The translations under genes were made by a program, and so were the position numbers. Below are positions 11,042 through 20,540 of a DNA stretch of 64,000 nucleotides, one piece after another; positions within the stretch are counted from its first letter, which is position 1; each line of letters begins with the position of its first letter. Source of the DNA: an uncultured Phycisphaerales bacterium. GTDB lineage: Bacteria; Planctomycetota; Phycisphaerae; Sedimentisphaerales; Anaerobacaceae. A model generated the notes under the pieces. It was not told the origin of the DNA and made no database searches. It saw only the letters and a list, made by a program, of their open reading frames with translations. Where the stretch lies: positions 1,088,001 through 1,152,000 of the forward strand of contig OY970359.1 in assembly GCA_963718665.1 (NCBI GenBank), read 5' to 3'.

Positions 11042-11683
11042 TCAGCGCCTGGTGTCGCCGGCGCGGTCGTCGAAGGCGATGTCATCAATGAAGAAACTTC
11101 CGTCCGTCCCTTCCCCGGCCATAAAACCCATTTGCGGCTCGCACATTATCCTCGGGTTGAAGCCCTTCGCGGGTTTGAGGGCCGCCAGCGGAATCACCAC
11201 TTCGTGCCACTCGCCGTCGAGCATCTGGGGACAGTACCTGAGGACCTGCACTTTTGCGGTGTGTTCTTCGGGAGTGTCAAGAACCTCGCCGTTGCACAGC
11301 AGGTTGATTTGGAGTGGGCCGCCCTTGCCTTTGGTCTTTATCCGGAAGGTCAGGTTCTTCATGGCGCTGGCGTCCGTGCCGACGTTGCCTGTTTTGAAGG
11401 CGAGCCAGTTCCAGCCCGCGCCAAGCCATTCCTTGCTGCCTTTAAACTTGAACTCCAGCGCGGTATTACCGCTGTGGGCCTCAACGGTCTGCGGCTTAAT
11501 CGTCGCAGTGGTGGAATTTGTCCAGCCGGCACCCTTGCTCGCTTGTTCCCCATCCCACACCACAACCCGCTTCACAGCCGGCGCGGCTTCGACCTTACCC
11601 CGTGATATATTCGCAGAACCGGTTGACCGACAACCCGCACCAAGTATAGCTATCCCAAATCCGATAATCAAAAATCTCATCAT
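11042..11683 (-). CDS. Lipoprotein with galactose-binding-fold carbohydrate-binding module (CBM11/CBM30-like)
   Basis: Lipobox LGAGC; AHSGNTALEF, WLGAGWNW, GEWHEVVIPL and FFIDDIAF motifs. Confidence 0.65.
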   Translation of the reverse strand: MMRFLIIGFGIAILGAGCRSTGSANISRGKVEAAPAVKRVVVWDGEQASKGAGWTNSTTATIKPQTVEAHSGNTALEFKFKGSKEWLGAGWNWLAFKTGNVGTDASAMKNLTFRIKTKGKGGPLQINLLCNGEVLDTPEEHTAKVQVLRYCPQMLDGEWHEVVIPLAALKPAKGFNPRIMCEPQMGFMAGEGTDGSFFIDDIAFDDRAGDTRR

Positions 11684-12017
11684 AAAAATCTCTAGGCGAA
11701 AAGATTTAGCTAAAACAACTATAAATCCTCACGTTCCAAACGTAAAACTTATTAAGGAACGTCCTCTTCGGCGGAAATAAAAAGGGGCTGCCAGCCCACA
11801 CCCAAAGCCGACAGCCCGGACGAGTATCACCCGTCCTCCACTTATATATACGTGTACCCCTAAATTACGTGCTAATGAAAATAAAAAGGCAGTTTTGCCT
11901 GTCTCGATGACAGTAAAGACCCCAGACGCAAGACCAAAGACAGGAGACCCCGCTTCGCTAAAGCTCCGCCGCACTGTGTGCTATGTAGGGCAGGAGCTAC
12001 GCAGGGCAGGCGAAATA

Positions 12018-13094
12018 CTAACTGATTTCAATAAGCTCGTATTTCCTGCTTCCGAGGCCGATTTTTTCGGCGTGCTCAATTTGCCATTTGCCGTTGAGGT
12101 TGGGGTATTTGGATATTTTGTCTAACGGTTTGCCTGCGGATTTTTCCATCAAATCAATCGCCGCGGCGTCAACAGCGACAGGGTCGGTCGAGCCGAGTAT
12201 GCCGATATCCTTGACGATATTGTGGTCGGGGTTGCCCATACAATCGCAGTCGCTTGTAATCGAAATCGCGAAGTTTATAAACGCCGCTCGTCCGTCTTTG
12301 CCCGCGAGCACTCCCTTTGCGTGTTCAGCAATGTTGCATTCGAGAACTTTAATATCCTTGTCCCAGTCGTGCTGAACCGCTCCGAATCTGCATACGGCCA
12401 AACACTCCGCGCAGCCGACGCATTTGTCCTTGTTGATGTGCGCCTTGAGGTCTTCCATATTAATAGCGACCTCCGGGCAGTGGCGGTAACATTCGCCGCA
12501 GCCGGTGCATTTGCTCATATCGACGCTGGGCTTGAACGCCGCGTGCTGGCGCATCTTGCCTTTCCTGCTTGCGCATCCCATTCCGAGCGTCTTTAACGTT
12601 GCCGCGAAGCATGTCCCTATGTGTCCCGTAACGTGCGACACCGCCAGAATCGACTGCACTCTCGCGATATCATAAGCAATTGAAACCTCCTTATTGAGTT
12701 CGCCATCGATTTTGACGACTGTCTCGCTCGTCCCGAAGATGCCGTCGGGCGGGATAAACGGTATGCCGAGTCCGCTCATATCGAACCCGTGCTCGTGCGC
12801 CACTACCACGTGGTCGATTGCGTTGTGTCGTTTGCCAAGATACAGCGTGCTTGTGTCAGTCAGGAATGGTTTGGTCTTGATTTTAATCAGTTCGTCAACA
12901 AGCCCTTTGAGGCAGGGAGCTTTGATGTAGGTTTTGTTTCCTTTTTCTCCGACGTGAATTTTTACCGCGGTAAAATCGGTTGGCTTGAAGCATTTTGCGA
13001 AGCCCGCTTCTTTGAAGAGGCGAGCTGCCTTAGCGGAGATAATTTTTTCGCCGTCTTCAATAGCCGACTTGATAAAATATACCTTTGGAATCAT
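12018..13094 (-). CDS. DUF362 domain Fe-S protein with two 4Fe-4S ferredoxin motifs
   Basis: KIHVGEKGN, LKTLGMGCASRKGK, CTGCGECYRHCP, CVGCAECLAVC and DPVAVDAA motifs. Confidence 0.9.
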   Translation of the reverse strand: MIPKVYFIKSAIEDGEKIISAKAARLFKEAGFAKCFKPTDFTAVKIHVGEKGNKTYIKAPCLKGLVDELIKIKTKPFLTDTSTLYLGKRHNAIDHVVVAHEHGFDMSGLGIPFIPPDGIFGTSETVVKIDGELNKEVSIAYDIARVQSILAVSHVTGHIGTCFAATLKTLGMGCASRKGKMRQHAAFKPSVDMSKCTGCGECYRHCPEVAINMEDLKAHINKDKCVGCAECLAVCRFGAVQHDWDKDIKVLECNIAEHAKGVLAGKDGRAAFINFAISITSDCDCMGNPDHNIVKDIGILGSTDPVAVDAAAIDLMEKSAGKPLDKISKYPNLNGKWQIEHAEKIGLGSRKYELIEIS

Positions 13095-13106
13095 TAGATA
13101 GCCCCC

Positions 13107-13844
13107 TTATTTACCTGTGAAGATGATGATGCCTACGAGCAGCAGTATTACGATTACGCAGACGCCTATCGCCGTGTAGAACACCCACATAAACTGCCTG
13201 GTCTGCCGGGCCACGATGTATTTGAGATACCTGTCGCTTGCCGCGAATGTTCTGCTCATTTGTGCTATGCCGCTGGTGTGGTCTTTGGTGCTCTGGTTGA
13301 GCTTTGCGAGCGTTTCGTTGAACTTGCCGAACGTTTCGGTCATCTGTATATCAACATCCGCCGCCGCCGCCAGTTGCCTGTCGATTGCCAGCAGAGCATC
13401 GGTTTGCTTTGCGCTTTCCACGGGAATCTTTTCTATCGCCGAAAGAAGCTGCTGGTCTTTGAGGATATTCGCCTTGAGCTGTAAAACGAGCTGCTCGGTG
13501 AGCGCCTTCTGGTTTTCAACGACAGCCGGGAAGTTTTCGAGCAGTTTTGGGAACTGTTCGATGCGTGCGATGAGGTTTTCGTGCTGTGAGACCTGTTTGT
13601 TGAGGTGGTCGTTTATGTCCTTAATCTGGTCGATGAGCGTTTCGAAGCCGGCCTGGAATTTTTCCATTTCGGGTTTGCCCCGCACGGCCACTGTTTGTAA
13701 CGGACTCCCATTCGCGGACGGGGTCTGGTTGTGAATTATCAGCCCGTCGTCGCTTAACGTCGGCTGGTCAAAGTCGTCGTGCGAGGAGGGAAACTGTTTT
13801 CGCAGCCAATTCTGAAATCGCGTTAGTAACGCCCGAAGTTCCAT
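13107..13844 (-). CDS. Hypothetical coiled-coil protein with C-terminal transmembrane anchor
   Basis: Q/L/E-rich helical ORF with a hydrophobic C-terminus. Confidence 0.7.
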   Translation of the reverse strand: MELRALLTRFQNWLRKQFPSSHDDFDQPTLSDDGLIIHNQTPSANGSPLQTVAVRGKPEMEKFQAGFETLIDQIKDINDHLNKQVSQHENLIARIEQFPKLLENFPAVVENQKALTEQLVLQLKANILKDQQLLSAIEKIPVESAKQTDALLAIDRQLAAAADVDIQMTETFGKFNETLAKLNQSTKDHTSGIAQMSRTFAASDRYLKYIVARQTRQFMWVFYTAIGVCVIVILLLVGIIIFTGK

Positions 13845-14143
13845 CCGTCTATAATCCTTTTCAGCCACAAAGAAAATCAGAATATCAGGAAATCATGGCA
13901 TCAGGCCTAACGGCATTATAGTATAGCCAGATATCCCGGCAACCTGGTATCCTGTTCTGTGCTTTCTTGCGGTTTGATTATCGCACATCTCGCCGGTTTT
14001 GCCAAGAGCAAAACGCTGTCTGCTTTCAGGCGATTGGTTTGTAGAAATCGGCCGGTTTTTGGGAAAGCGTATTTTTCAAAACGCCGAGAGCTTCCACGCC
14101 GTTGTCCTTATACACCGCCAATTTCATTTAGCGAATTCCGTGG

Positions 14144-15448
14144 CTACTTATCGATGGGCAGTTTGACGCCGCCCTGCGGTGTTCGCTCGACGTTGCTTTT
14201 CATTCCTTCCGGCTCACCTGCGGGAAGCGATTTTGTTCTGCAAATCAGTCCCCGTGCAAGCTGCGACGCATCGCCCGATACCACTGAGCAATAAGACAGA
14301 ACAGGCGCGACCTTGTCGATGCGAATAGTCGCGACGAGTATTTCCGTTGAGCCGATTATCTCATTGGTGTCGGCGTCGGCAATCTGCTTATCAGCTTTGA
14401 ATACGTCGAGTAATGTCCCCGTAACGAGCCGGTCACCTCCCTGGTCGATGATAATTTTGCCATCGGCTTCGATTGACGCGATACGAGGCGGGTATAGCTG
14501 GTTGCTCATTTTATTAACGACCTCGGCTGCTGCTTTGGCGACGAGATTATCAACAAGCTCTCTGTAATCGAGGTCTGGCGGCTCCCATTTTGTAACAAGC
14601 TGCTTGACCTCGTCGGTTTCGAGCCGCAGCCGGACTGAATCCGAGAACTTAACCTGCCTCGACGACGCAACAATAACGCTGTAATCGAAAGCGAAATCCG
14701 CGCGGTATTCCTTAAAGTTGACACCGGGGGCGGCTTCGTTGCTCGTGTGCCTGATCCACAGCTTCGCTTCGGTAATTGTCCCCACGAGCATATAATCGGC
14801 ACCGAGGGCCTGCCCGATTCTTGCCTGCTCTTCGATTGGCGCGGTAAGGAAAAGAACACCCTGTTCATTCAGATATTCCTGGATATGCTGCCTGTCCAGG
14901 ACGGCGAATTTATTTGTCTGCGTCAGCAGTGTGGTGATTCTCTGTGCGAGCTTGTCGGCAAGCTGCTCGCCGGGCACAGTTAATTCGATAAAGGAATAAA
15001 ACCGTTCTTCGGGCCTTAGCGGCATAACCGCAAATCGAGTCCTCGATGTTTTATCGGCAACACGGTTATATACCCATACCGTGAGCGTAACCTGGTATGT
15101 GCCGTCGTCAAGCTTCTTCTCGCCGATTATCTCGTATGTCTTCACTAATCCCGCGATATCGGTTGTCTGCAAAGTGCCGCTCGTCTGAACCGACACCGCG
15201 TCGAAGCCGACTGTTTTCCCGGTGTTCGTGCGGTTGATGTCTGCCGATGCCGAGCGGTAGCCGAATGAGTAATCGCCCGAACCGACTTTGATGCCTTTGA
15301 CCTGTGCGACCGCCTGGAAAAGTCCGTTCCTTATAGCGTCATCTTTCGACGGCCCTTGTCCCTGAACCTCCTTGACTATCGTGTCCTCAGCAAAGGCGAG
15401 TGAGCAGAAGACAACCGTTATTGCGATAAAAGCGCAAATCGTTTTCAT
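14144..15448 (-). CDS. CsgG/HfaB-family (FlgT-like) periplasmic protein
   Basis: Signal peptide; LTQTNKFAVLDRQ..LGADYMLVGTI core; last gene of the LpoB cluster. Confidence 0.75.
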   Translation of the reverse strand: MKTICAFIAITVVFCSLAFAEDTIVKEVQGQGPSKDDAIRNGLFQAVAQVKGIKVGSGDYSFGYRSASADINRTNTGKTVGFDAVSVQTSGTLQTTDIAGLVKTYEIIGEKKLDDGTYQVTLTVWVYNRVADKTSRTRFAVMPLRPEERFYSFIELTVPGEQLADKLAQRITTLLTQTNKFAVLDRQHIQEYLNEQGVLFLTAPIEEQARIGQALGADYMLVGTITEAKLWIRHTSNEAAPGVNFKEYRADFAFDYSVIVASSRQVKFSDSVRLRLETDEVKQLVTKWEPPDLDYRELVDNLVAKAAAEVVNKMSNQLYPPRIASIEADGKIIIDQGGDRLVTGTLLDVFKADKQIADADTNEIIGSTEILVATIRIDKVAPVLSYCSVVSGDASQLARGLICRTKSLPAGEPEGMKSNVERTPQGGVKLPIDK

Positions 15449-15568
15449 TTTTGAACTCCCTAAAAAAATCAACAACCTCACAATGACAGTTGAGCAGTTG
15501 ACCGCAGTTTCGCATTTTCACCTGCTCTACTGTTCAAATACTCAACTGCTCTGTCGGCCAAAAGCCGA

Positions 15569-16195
15569 CTACCACGGGACTTTTTTGCTGTCGCCGCGTT
15601 TCCCGAGAACGATTTCGTTTTGCCAGAAAACCAGACCATTGGTCAGATTGTTCATCTGGAGCTGGAAATAATACTCGACCTGCTGTTTATCGTTGTCATA
15701 GCGACCGTTTCTCTGGATGATTTTGCCGGAGATGCTTAGTTCCGGCGCGATAAGCTGGCCTTTTGCCTGCACAGTATCCTTGTTGAACTCATCGGCCTTG
15801 TCCGAGTCGCGAGTCAGTTCCCTGCTGCTATAGACCAGGCTGTCTTTTGGCGCGTTGCCTGCACCGACGGCTGCGGTCATAACAATCAGTCCGGACCTTG
15901 TCATCTCCTGCTCAACTTTGGCCATAAGCTGGTCGGTATCGATGTGCTGCATAGTGTCGTTGACGATTCGGCCTTTGGCGACGACGTATCTTCCGCCGCC
16001 TTCTTTTTTGAATGTGCCCGACTCGACCATTGACTGCACCATTTCACTTGCTGCCCTGTCGAAGTCGCGGTAATCGAGCTGCATAACCGCTTTGCCCTGG
16101 TCGTTGATTGTGTCAACGTTTTCGGTCTGGGGTGAGCAACCGACAAATGTTACGGATGAAGCGAGTACCGCAAAAGCCAATATTTTTTTAATCAT
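15569..16195 (-). CDS. lpoB: Penicillin-binding protein activator LpoB-family lipoprotein
   Basis: Lipobox FVGC; NDTMQHIDTD and YYFQLQMNNLTNGLVFWQNE motifs. Confidence 0.8.
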   Translation of the reverse strand: MIKKILAFAVLASSVTFVGCSPQTENVDTINDQGKAVMQLDYRDFDRAASEMVQSMVESGTFKKEGGGRYVVAKGRIVNDTMQHIDTDQLMAKVEQEMTRSGLIVMTAAVGAGNAPKDSLVYSSRELTRDSDKADEFNKDTVQAKGQLIAPELSISGKIIQRNGRYDNDKQQVEYYFQLQMNNLTNGLVFWQNEIVLGKRGDSKKVPW

Positions 16196-16209
16196 AGTCC
16201 TGTCTCCGG

Positions 16210-16644
16210 TTAATTAGGGATTTTTCGAGTGTTCATACGAAAATCAACAGCGGTTGTTCTCGGCGCAACGGCCTTAATAGCGAACGGCACTTTTGCCGCC
16301 GCGGAAGTTTGCAGCCACTTGCTGGTCGTGGTATCGATTACCATGCCGGTCTTGTCGAGCCACTCGACCTTGTATTCGAACACTATCGGGTTAAACGCCC
16401 GGTTGTGCCCCGCTATCTCGAGCTGCAGGAAGCCGTCTTTGTTGACGTAGGTAACGGCGCGGTCGATTTCAACGCCCTCGCCGATAATCCAGCTAAAGGC
16501 GTGAATCACCGGCTTGGTTACGATGTTGGTCACCACGTTGTCGCTTTTGACGTCTTCAGCCATCGTAACTCTTTTGTCTTCCTGCTGACAACCCCACAGG
16601 GTTACCGCGACGACAAGCAGCAACGTATTAAGCATCAATCTCAT
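16210..16644 (-). CDS. YcfL/DUF1425 family lipoprotein
   Basis: Lipobox LWGC; YKVEWLDKTGMVI and AVAPRTTAVDFR motifs. Confidence 0.8.
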   Translation of the reverse strand: MRLMLNTLLLVVAVTLWGCQQEDKRVTMAEDVKSDNVVTNIVTKPVIHAFSWIIGEGVEIDRAVTYVNKDGFLQLEIAGHNRAFNPIVFEYKVEWLDKTGMVIDTTTSKWLQTSAAAKVPFAIKAVAPRTTAVDFRMNTRKIPN

Positions 16645-16667
16645 ATTTCACCTCCGAAAAAGAATTC

Positions 16668-18053
16668 CTAAAATGCCAGGACCTCGCACACAGGCGAAGC
16701 GCCGGCGTTGATTATTTTAATATATACGATTGCGTTCCTGCAAGGGGGAATATGCACGTCAAACGCGGTATAGCCACCAGCAAAAACCTGGAGTAAGCGG
16801 TTTTCCGGTATGGCACATCGGGCAACCTGGAAATCCTTGGGCAAAGCAGACCATATTCGCACGTCCGCCGCGGTAGTCGCTAAGCTGTAAACCGCTATGG
16901 CCGCCGTCATAATCCCGTAGTTGTCGTTGTTCCTGGCCGCGGCCTGTGCCGCCGCCTTGACCGCAGCGGATGCGATTGCCCTTATCAGGATGCCCTTGAA
17001 ATCCTTTTTGAATTCGGTCTCGATTACGCGTTCCATATCCACGACCTGTCTGGTCTGGTATTCGCCAGCATCGGTCTTGATATTCAGATAAGGATACGCA
17101 ACTCTTCTCGGAGTCAGCTTGGGCAGTGCGATTCCCGCGTAATAAATCCTGGAGCTGACCAGCACAAGCGGCAAGTCAACTCGGAACTCTCCTTTGACCG
17201 GCCCCAGCCCGTTTTCAAATATCACCCAGCACTGGTTTTCCAGTTTCGCTTTTCCGGATGCCACATCATCCGCGAAAACGAGGTCGTTTTTGATGTAGTC
17301 ATTGTCGGGGACCATTCCCGCGGTCTCTTTCAGCAGGTCGGCCGCCCTGTCGTTTTCGCCGATGAGCAGGAAATAAATCCCCGCCAGATACGTTGTGAAG
17401 GGATTCACAAAATCAGGATACGGCTTGAACTCGCTCAGGTCCGGGTAATTGGCATTGATGATTGCTGTTGTCTTGGGGTCGTCTGCCATTGCCTTGGCGT
17501 CGGTATTGGTTTTTTCCTTCTGCTTGTCGAGCTTGGCTTCGAGCTTTCTGATTTCCTCGTTAAAATGTTCCTTTGCCCGCGTTTGCCTGTCCAGGGCGCG
17601 GTTGAATTCCACCCTTGCCATGTCAGGTTTTTTCTCCGCCAGAAATTCGAGCGCCTTGTAAGTATTGACCATTATGCCGTCGTATTCCTGGCCCTTATAG
17701 GGGATAGCGTTGTCGTTGACGAGAGTAGAGCCGACAGTATCGAGAACTTCCGAGTTCGGAGCGAAGTAATTCATCATTTCTTCGGCTTTGTCGAATTTCG
17801 CGACGCTGTCGGCGTGGTCAAGCTGGGCTTTTTCTGATGCGGCAAGCTGAAGCGTCCAGAGAAGGTCATCGCCCGATGGTTTTTTATCCTTCTTGATTTT
17901 GCTTTCAGCGAATTTCCCCGCCTGGTTGAAATCTCCGGCCTCGAACTGCCTGTTGAAGGTGCCGAGGTCACTCATCGCCGGGTTGCACCCAGTCAGACAC
18001 AAGCTGGACACTAACGCTAAAATTGCTATCGTAATTTTTATTCGCATTTTCAT
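16668..18053 (-). CDS. COG3014 family TPR-like lipoprotein
   Basis: Lipobox LTGC; YKGQEYDGIMVNTYKAL, ARVEFNRA, ENGLGP and ADVRIWSALP motifs. Confidence 0.82.
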   Translation of the reverse strand: MKMRIKITIAILALVSSLCLTGCNPAMSDLGTFNRQFEAGDFNQAGKFAESKIKKDKKPSGDDLLWTLQLAASEKAQLDHADSVAKFDKAEEMMNYFAPNSEVLDTVGSTLVNDNAIPYKGQEYDGIMVNTYKALEFLAEKKPDMARVEFNRALDRQTRAKEHFNEEIRKLEAKLDKQKEKTNTDAKAMADDPKTTAIINANYPDLSEFKPYPDFVNPFTTYLAGIYFLLIGENDRAADLLKETAGMVPDNDYIKNDLVFADDVASGKAKLENQCWVIFENGLGPVKGEFRVDLPLVLVSSRIYYAGIALPKLTPRRVAYPYLNIKTDAGEYQTRQVVDMERVIETEFKKDFKGILIRAIASAAVKAAAQAAARNNDNYGIMTAAIAVYSLATTAADVRIWSALPKDFQVARCAIPENRLLQVFAGGYTAFDVHIPPCRNAIVYIKIINAGASPVCEVLAF

Positions 18054-18264
18054 TGTTTATCCTCTACACCAAAAATTGTCAGAGATATAGGATAGCAGTC
18101 CACCGGCTATTGTCAAGAAAACTTCGGATTTTATCGATTTCGCAGATTATCGCCGCTGCCCGGCGGGAAAAGTAAAAAACTGGAAAATTTTCCATTTTTT
18201 TGTTGCAGGTTTTGTAATTGGGCGGTAGAAGAGAGTTGCAGCAGTTCTTTGGAAAAGAAATATG

Positions 18265-18572
18265 GTAATCACAGGTTCAGCATAACAGATTCACCGCCGA
18301 GAACGCGGAGACCGCAGAGAAAAAATAAATTCAAATGAATCTCTGCGTGCTCAGCGGCCTTTGCGGTAAAAAATTTTGCTGGATAATCAAATGGGAACTC
18401 GGTTGAAAGCCGAGACCGACCCGCGGCTGTAAGCGTCTGTTCCGATGATGAATCGGAAGTCCTAAAGGCAGATATCCACTGTTTCGCGCTAATCTTAAGC
18501 AAAAAGAGAGATTGGTGCGGGGTGGGAAGGAGCTTTTAGGTAAGACGCGAGTCAGAAAACCTGCCTGTGGTG
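18265..18572 (+). ncRNA. Cobalamin (B12) riboswitch aptamer, enlarged
   Basis: CACAGG..CCTGTG outer stem; AATGGGAA-CTCGGT-TGAA-AGCCGAG; CCCGCGGCTGTAA; CCACTG..GGGAAGG; B12 box GAGTCAGAAAACCTGCC. Confidence 0.9.
18293..18367. repeat. 9-bp-period palindromic MITE-like repeat inside the riboswitch
   Basis: ACCGCCGAGAACGCGGAGACCGCAGAG..CTCTGCGTGCTCAGCGGCCTTTGCGGT; a related half-element lies at 39538-39582. Confidence 0.7.
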
Positions 18573-18585
18573 AATTAAGTGGTTT

Positions 18586-18646
18586 ACCCCGTGAGATAAA
18601 GCGTAGCGGAAAATATTTATATCGCTGATTAGTTATCTCACGGGGT
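18586..18646. repeat. 14-bp perfect inverted repeat in the riboswitch expression platform
   Basis: ACCCCGTGAGATAA..TTATCTCACGGGGT. Confidence 0.75.
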
Positions 18647-18722
18647 TAATGGAGTTCTCGCGGAATGGAACTCGGCGCCGATGTGCTATAGCGCAGTTTT
18701 TGCGCTTTGTTTTTAGTTTATC

Positions 18723-18762
18723 AAGCCGTCGTTCCTTTCGCGGGACGACGGCTTTTTATTTT
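18723..18762 (+). terminator. Intrinsic terminator, probable riboswitch off state
   Basis: AAGCCGTCGTTCC-TTTCGC-GGGACGACGGCTT followed by TTTATTTT, about 120 nt upstream of the first CDS. Confidence 0.85.
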
Positions 18763-18883
18763 GCGCAGTTTTGGAGTTGACGCGTGAAAGGAGGTTCAAG
18801 GGCAATAGGTATTACCGGATTCATATGTGACGGAGAGGGGTAACAGTGATAAGAGAGTTTATTAGAGTTTTGGAGAAGAGAAA

Positions 18884-19447
18884 ATGGTTTCGAAGAAGGT
18901 GATGAGAGATTTAATGGTCGTTTTGCTAACAGGATTTTGCGGGACGGTTAGCTCAGTAGCAAATGCCGCGATTAATTACAATTTCGACGGCCTACCAGTA
19001 GCCATTGATTACTGGGCCGGCTCCGGAAGCAATGAGGCCGTTGTTGTCGTCGATTTTGGCGCAACCGGCGGCGACAGCTATGCTTTTGGTTTCGAGTGGA
19101 ACGGTATCGCAACCGGATATGATGCCCTTGTTGCAATTGCCGCGGCTGGCCCCCTAGAATTTGAGGCAACCGACTATGGTAGCATGGGCTACTATATTGA
19201 CAATTTCCAGTATAACGGCGAAAGCGGCAATCAAAGTTATTATTGGCAGTATTTCACCAGCAGCGACGGCAGCGTATGGGACTCATCTATGGTAGGCCCT
19301 TCCGACCGCATACTAACCAACGGCGATTTCGACGGCTGGTACAACAGCTTTAACCCCGGCGTGTCACCGACGACGCCGATTCCTGAGCCATTGACGATTG
19401 TTCTGTTGGGCGTTGGCGGTTTGTTTCTAAGGAAACGCAGAGCGTAA
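18884..19447 (+). CDS. PEP-CTERM surface protein with transcobalamin/DUF4430-like motif; putative B12 binder
   Basis: Signal peptide; YWQYF..WDSSMVGPSDRILTNGDFDGW; C-terminal IPEPLTIVLLGVGGLFLRKRRA. PEP-CTERM is secure, B12 binding is inferred. Confidence 0.75.
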   Translation: MVSKKVMRDLMVVLLTGFCGTVSSVANAAINYNFDGLPVAIDYWAGSGSNEAVVVVDFGATGGDSYAFGFEWNGIATGYDALVAIAAAGPLEFEATDYGSMGYYIDNFQYNGESGNQSYYWQYFTSSDGSVWDSSMVGPSDRILTNGDFDGWYNSFNPGVSPTTPIPEPLTIVLLGVGGLFLRKRRA

Positions 19448-19470
19448 GCAGTTCACTTCAGCTTAACAGG

Positions 19471-19501
19471 CGGGTGGGGCTTATAACCATAGCCCCACCC
19501 G
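19471..19501 (+). other. Intergenic GC-rich hairpin without U-tract
   Basis: CGGGTGGGGCT..AGCCCCACCCG. Confidence 0.7.
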
Positions 19502-19520
19502 AAATCTGGAAAGGAAAATA

Positions 19521-20507
19521 ATGTTCGGCGCAAAAGCATATATAGGTTTTCTTGCGGTTTGTCTTTTCATTGCAACAGCCGCAAAGGCCTCCTATGTTTA
19601 TGACCCAAATGACTTTGCAGCAGAAGTTATCGATTACGTTCAGGGCACTGGTGTACCCAAAGATTTCCTGACAGGTCAACCGTTTAACGACCCCAATATG
19701 GCCTTAGGCAGACCAACGCTGGAAACTACCGGCGATGGCTGGTTCATATCGCCCAATGAGCAGGTGCCTGTTGTTCCGGTTTATCCTCCTTTTCGTTCTT
19801 TCGAATTGGTTGCCATCGGCACTGGCGGACGATTGACCGTCAAATTCAATCTTCGCGTCGTACATGACAAAAATAATCCCTATGGGATAGATTTCATCAT
19901 TTACGGTAATGCTTTTCTGACAATCAGCGGAGGTCAAAACTGGACAAACGGTAATCCGGAGCTAACCACTGTCGGTGGCTCGTGCTCAGCCAAGCCGGGT
20001 ATAGTCGCTGTCAGCCAGGATGGCAATAACTGGTATTATTTCTCGAACGGCCCATACGCGGATAGTTTTGCTCCTACCGCAAGCTATGAGTGGGACGACG
20101 TCAATAACGTATGGGGTGACGAGCTTGACCCCACTCGACCGATAGACCCCAATCTGACGGCCGCTTCCCTGAACGGTCTGACAGTCGCCGAGGTAATCAA
20201 TGCCTACAATGGCTCAGCTGGCGGAACCGGTTTTGACATAGGCACGCTCGGACTGGGCTGGATTCAATATGTCCGGATAGAAAATGGCCCAACCAGCGGC
20301 GTAATACCAGATATAGACGCCATCGCCGGTGTAAGCTGTTGCGGTGATTATAAACATCCCTACCCCGTGGGTGACTTGAATCAGGATTGCAGGGTCAATT
20401 TCGTTGACTTCGCGATACTGGCACAGCAATGGCATGCGGGAACTGGTTGGGATGATTTGTCAGATTTGGCTGACAACTGGCTAAAGTGTAGTTGTGAATA
20501 CCCATAA
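19521..20507 (+). CDS. Secreted BtuH-like (cell-surface B12-binding-like) protein with dockerin-like C-terminus
   Basis: AIGTGGRLTVKF..GIDFIIYGNAF..KPGIVAVSQDG..W..GGTGFDI..IQYVRI; tail GDLNQDCRVNFVDFAILAQQW..DDLSDLADNWL. Confidence 0.6.
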   Translation: MFGAKAYIGFLAVCLFIATAAKASYVYDPNDFAAEVIDYVQGTGVPKDFLTGQPFNDPNMALGRPTLETTGDGWFISPNEQVPVVPVYPPFRSFELVAIGTGGRLTVKFNLRVVHDKNNPYGIDFIIYGNAFLTISGGQNWTNGNPELTTVGGSCSAKPGIVAVSQDGNNWYYFSNGPYADSFAPTASYEWDDVNNVWGDELDPTRPIDPNLTAASLNGLTVAEVINAYNGSAGGTGFDIGTLGLGWIQYVRIENGPTSGVIPDIDAIAGVSCCGDYKHPYPVGDLNQDCRVNFVDFAILAQQWHAGTGWDDLSDLADNWLKCSCEYP

Positions 20508-20540
20508 ATCCGTGAGATTAATCCGCCGAAAGTTGATAAA

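Noticed and set aside
14144..18053. LpoB/YcfL/CsgG lipoprotein cluster as a novel system
   Set aside because: This gene arrangement is already known from diverse Gram-negative bacteria.
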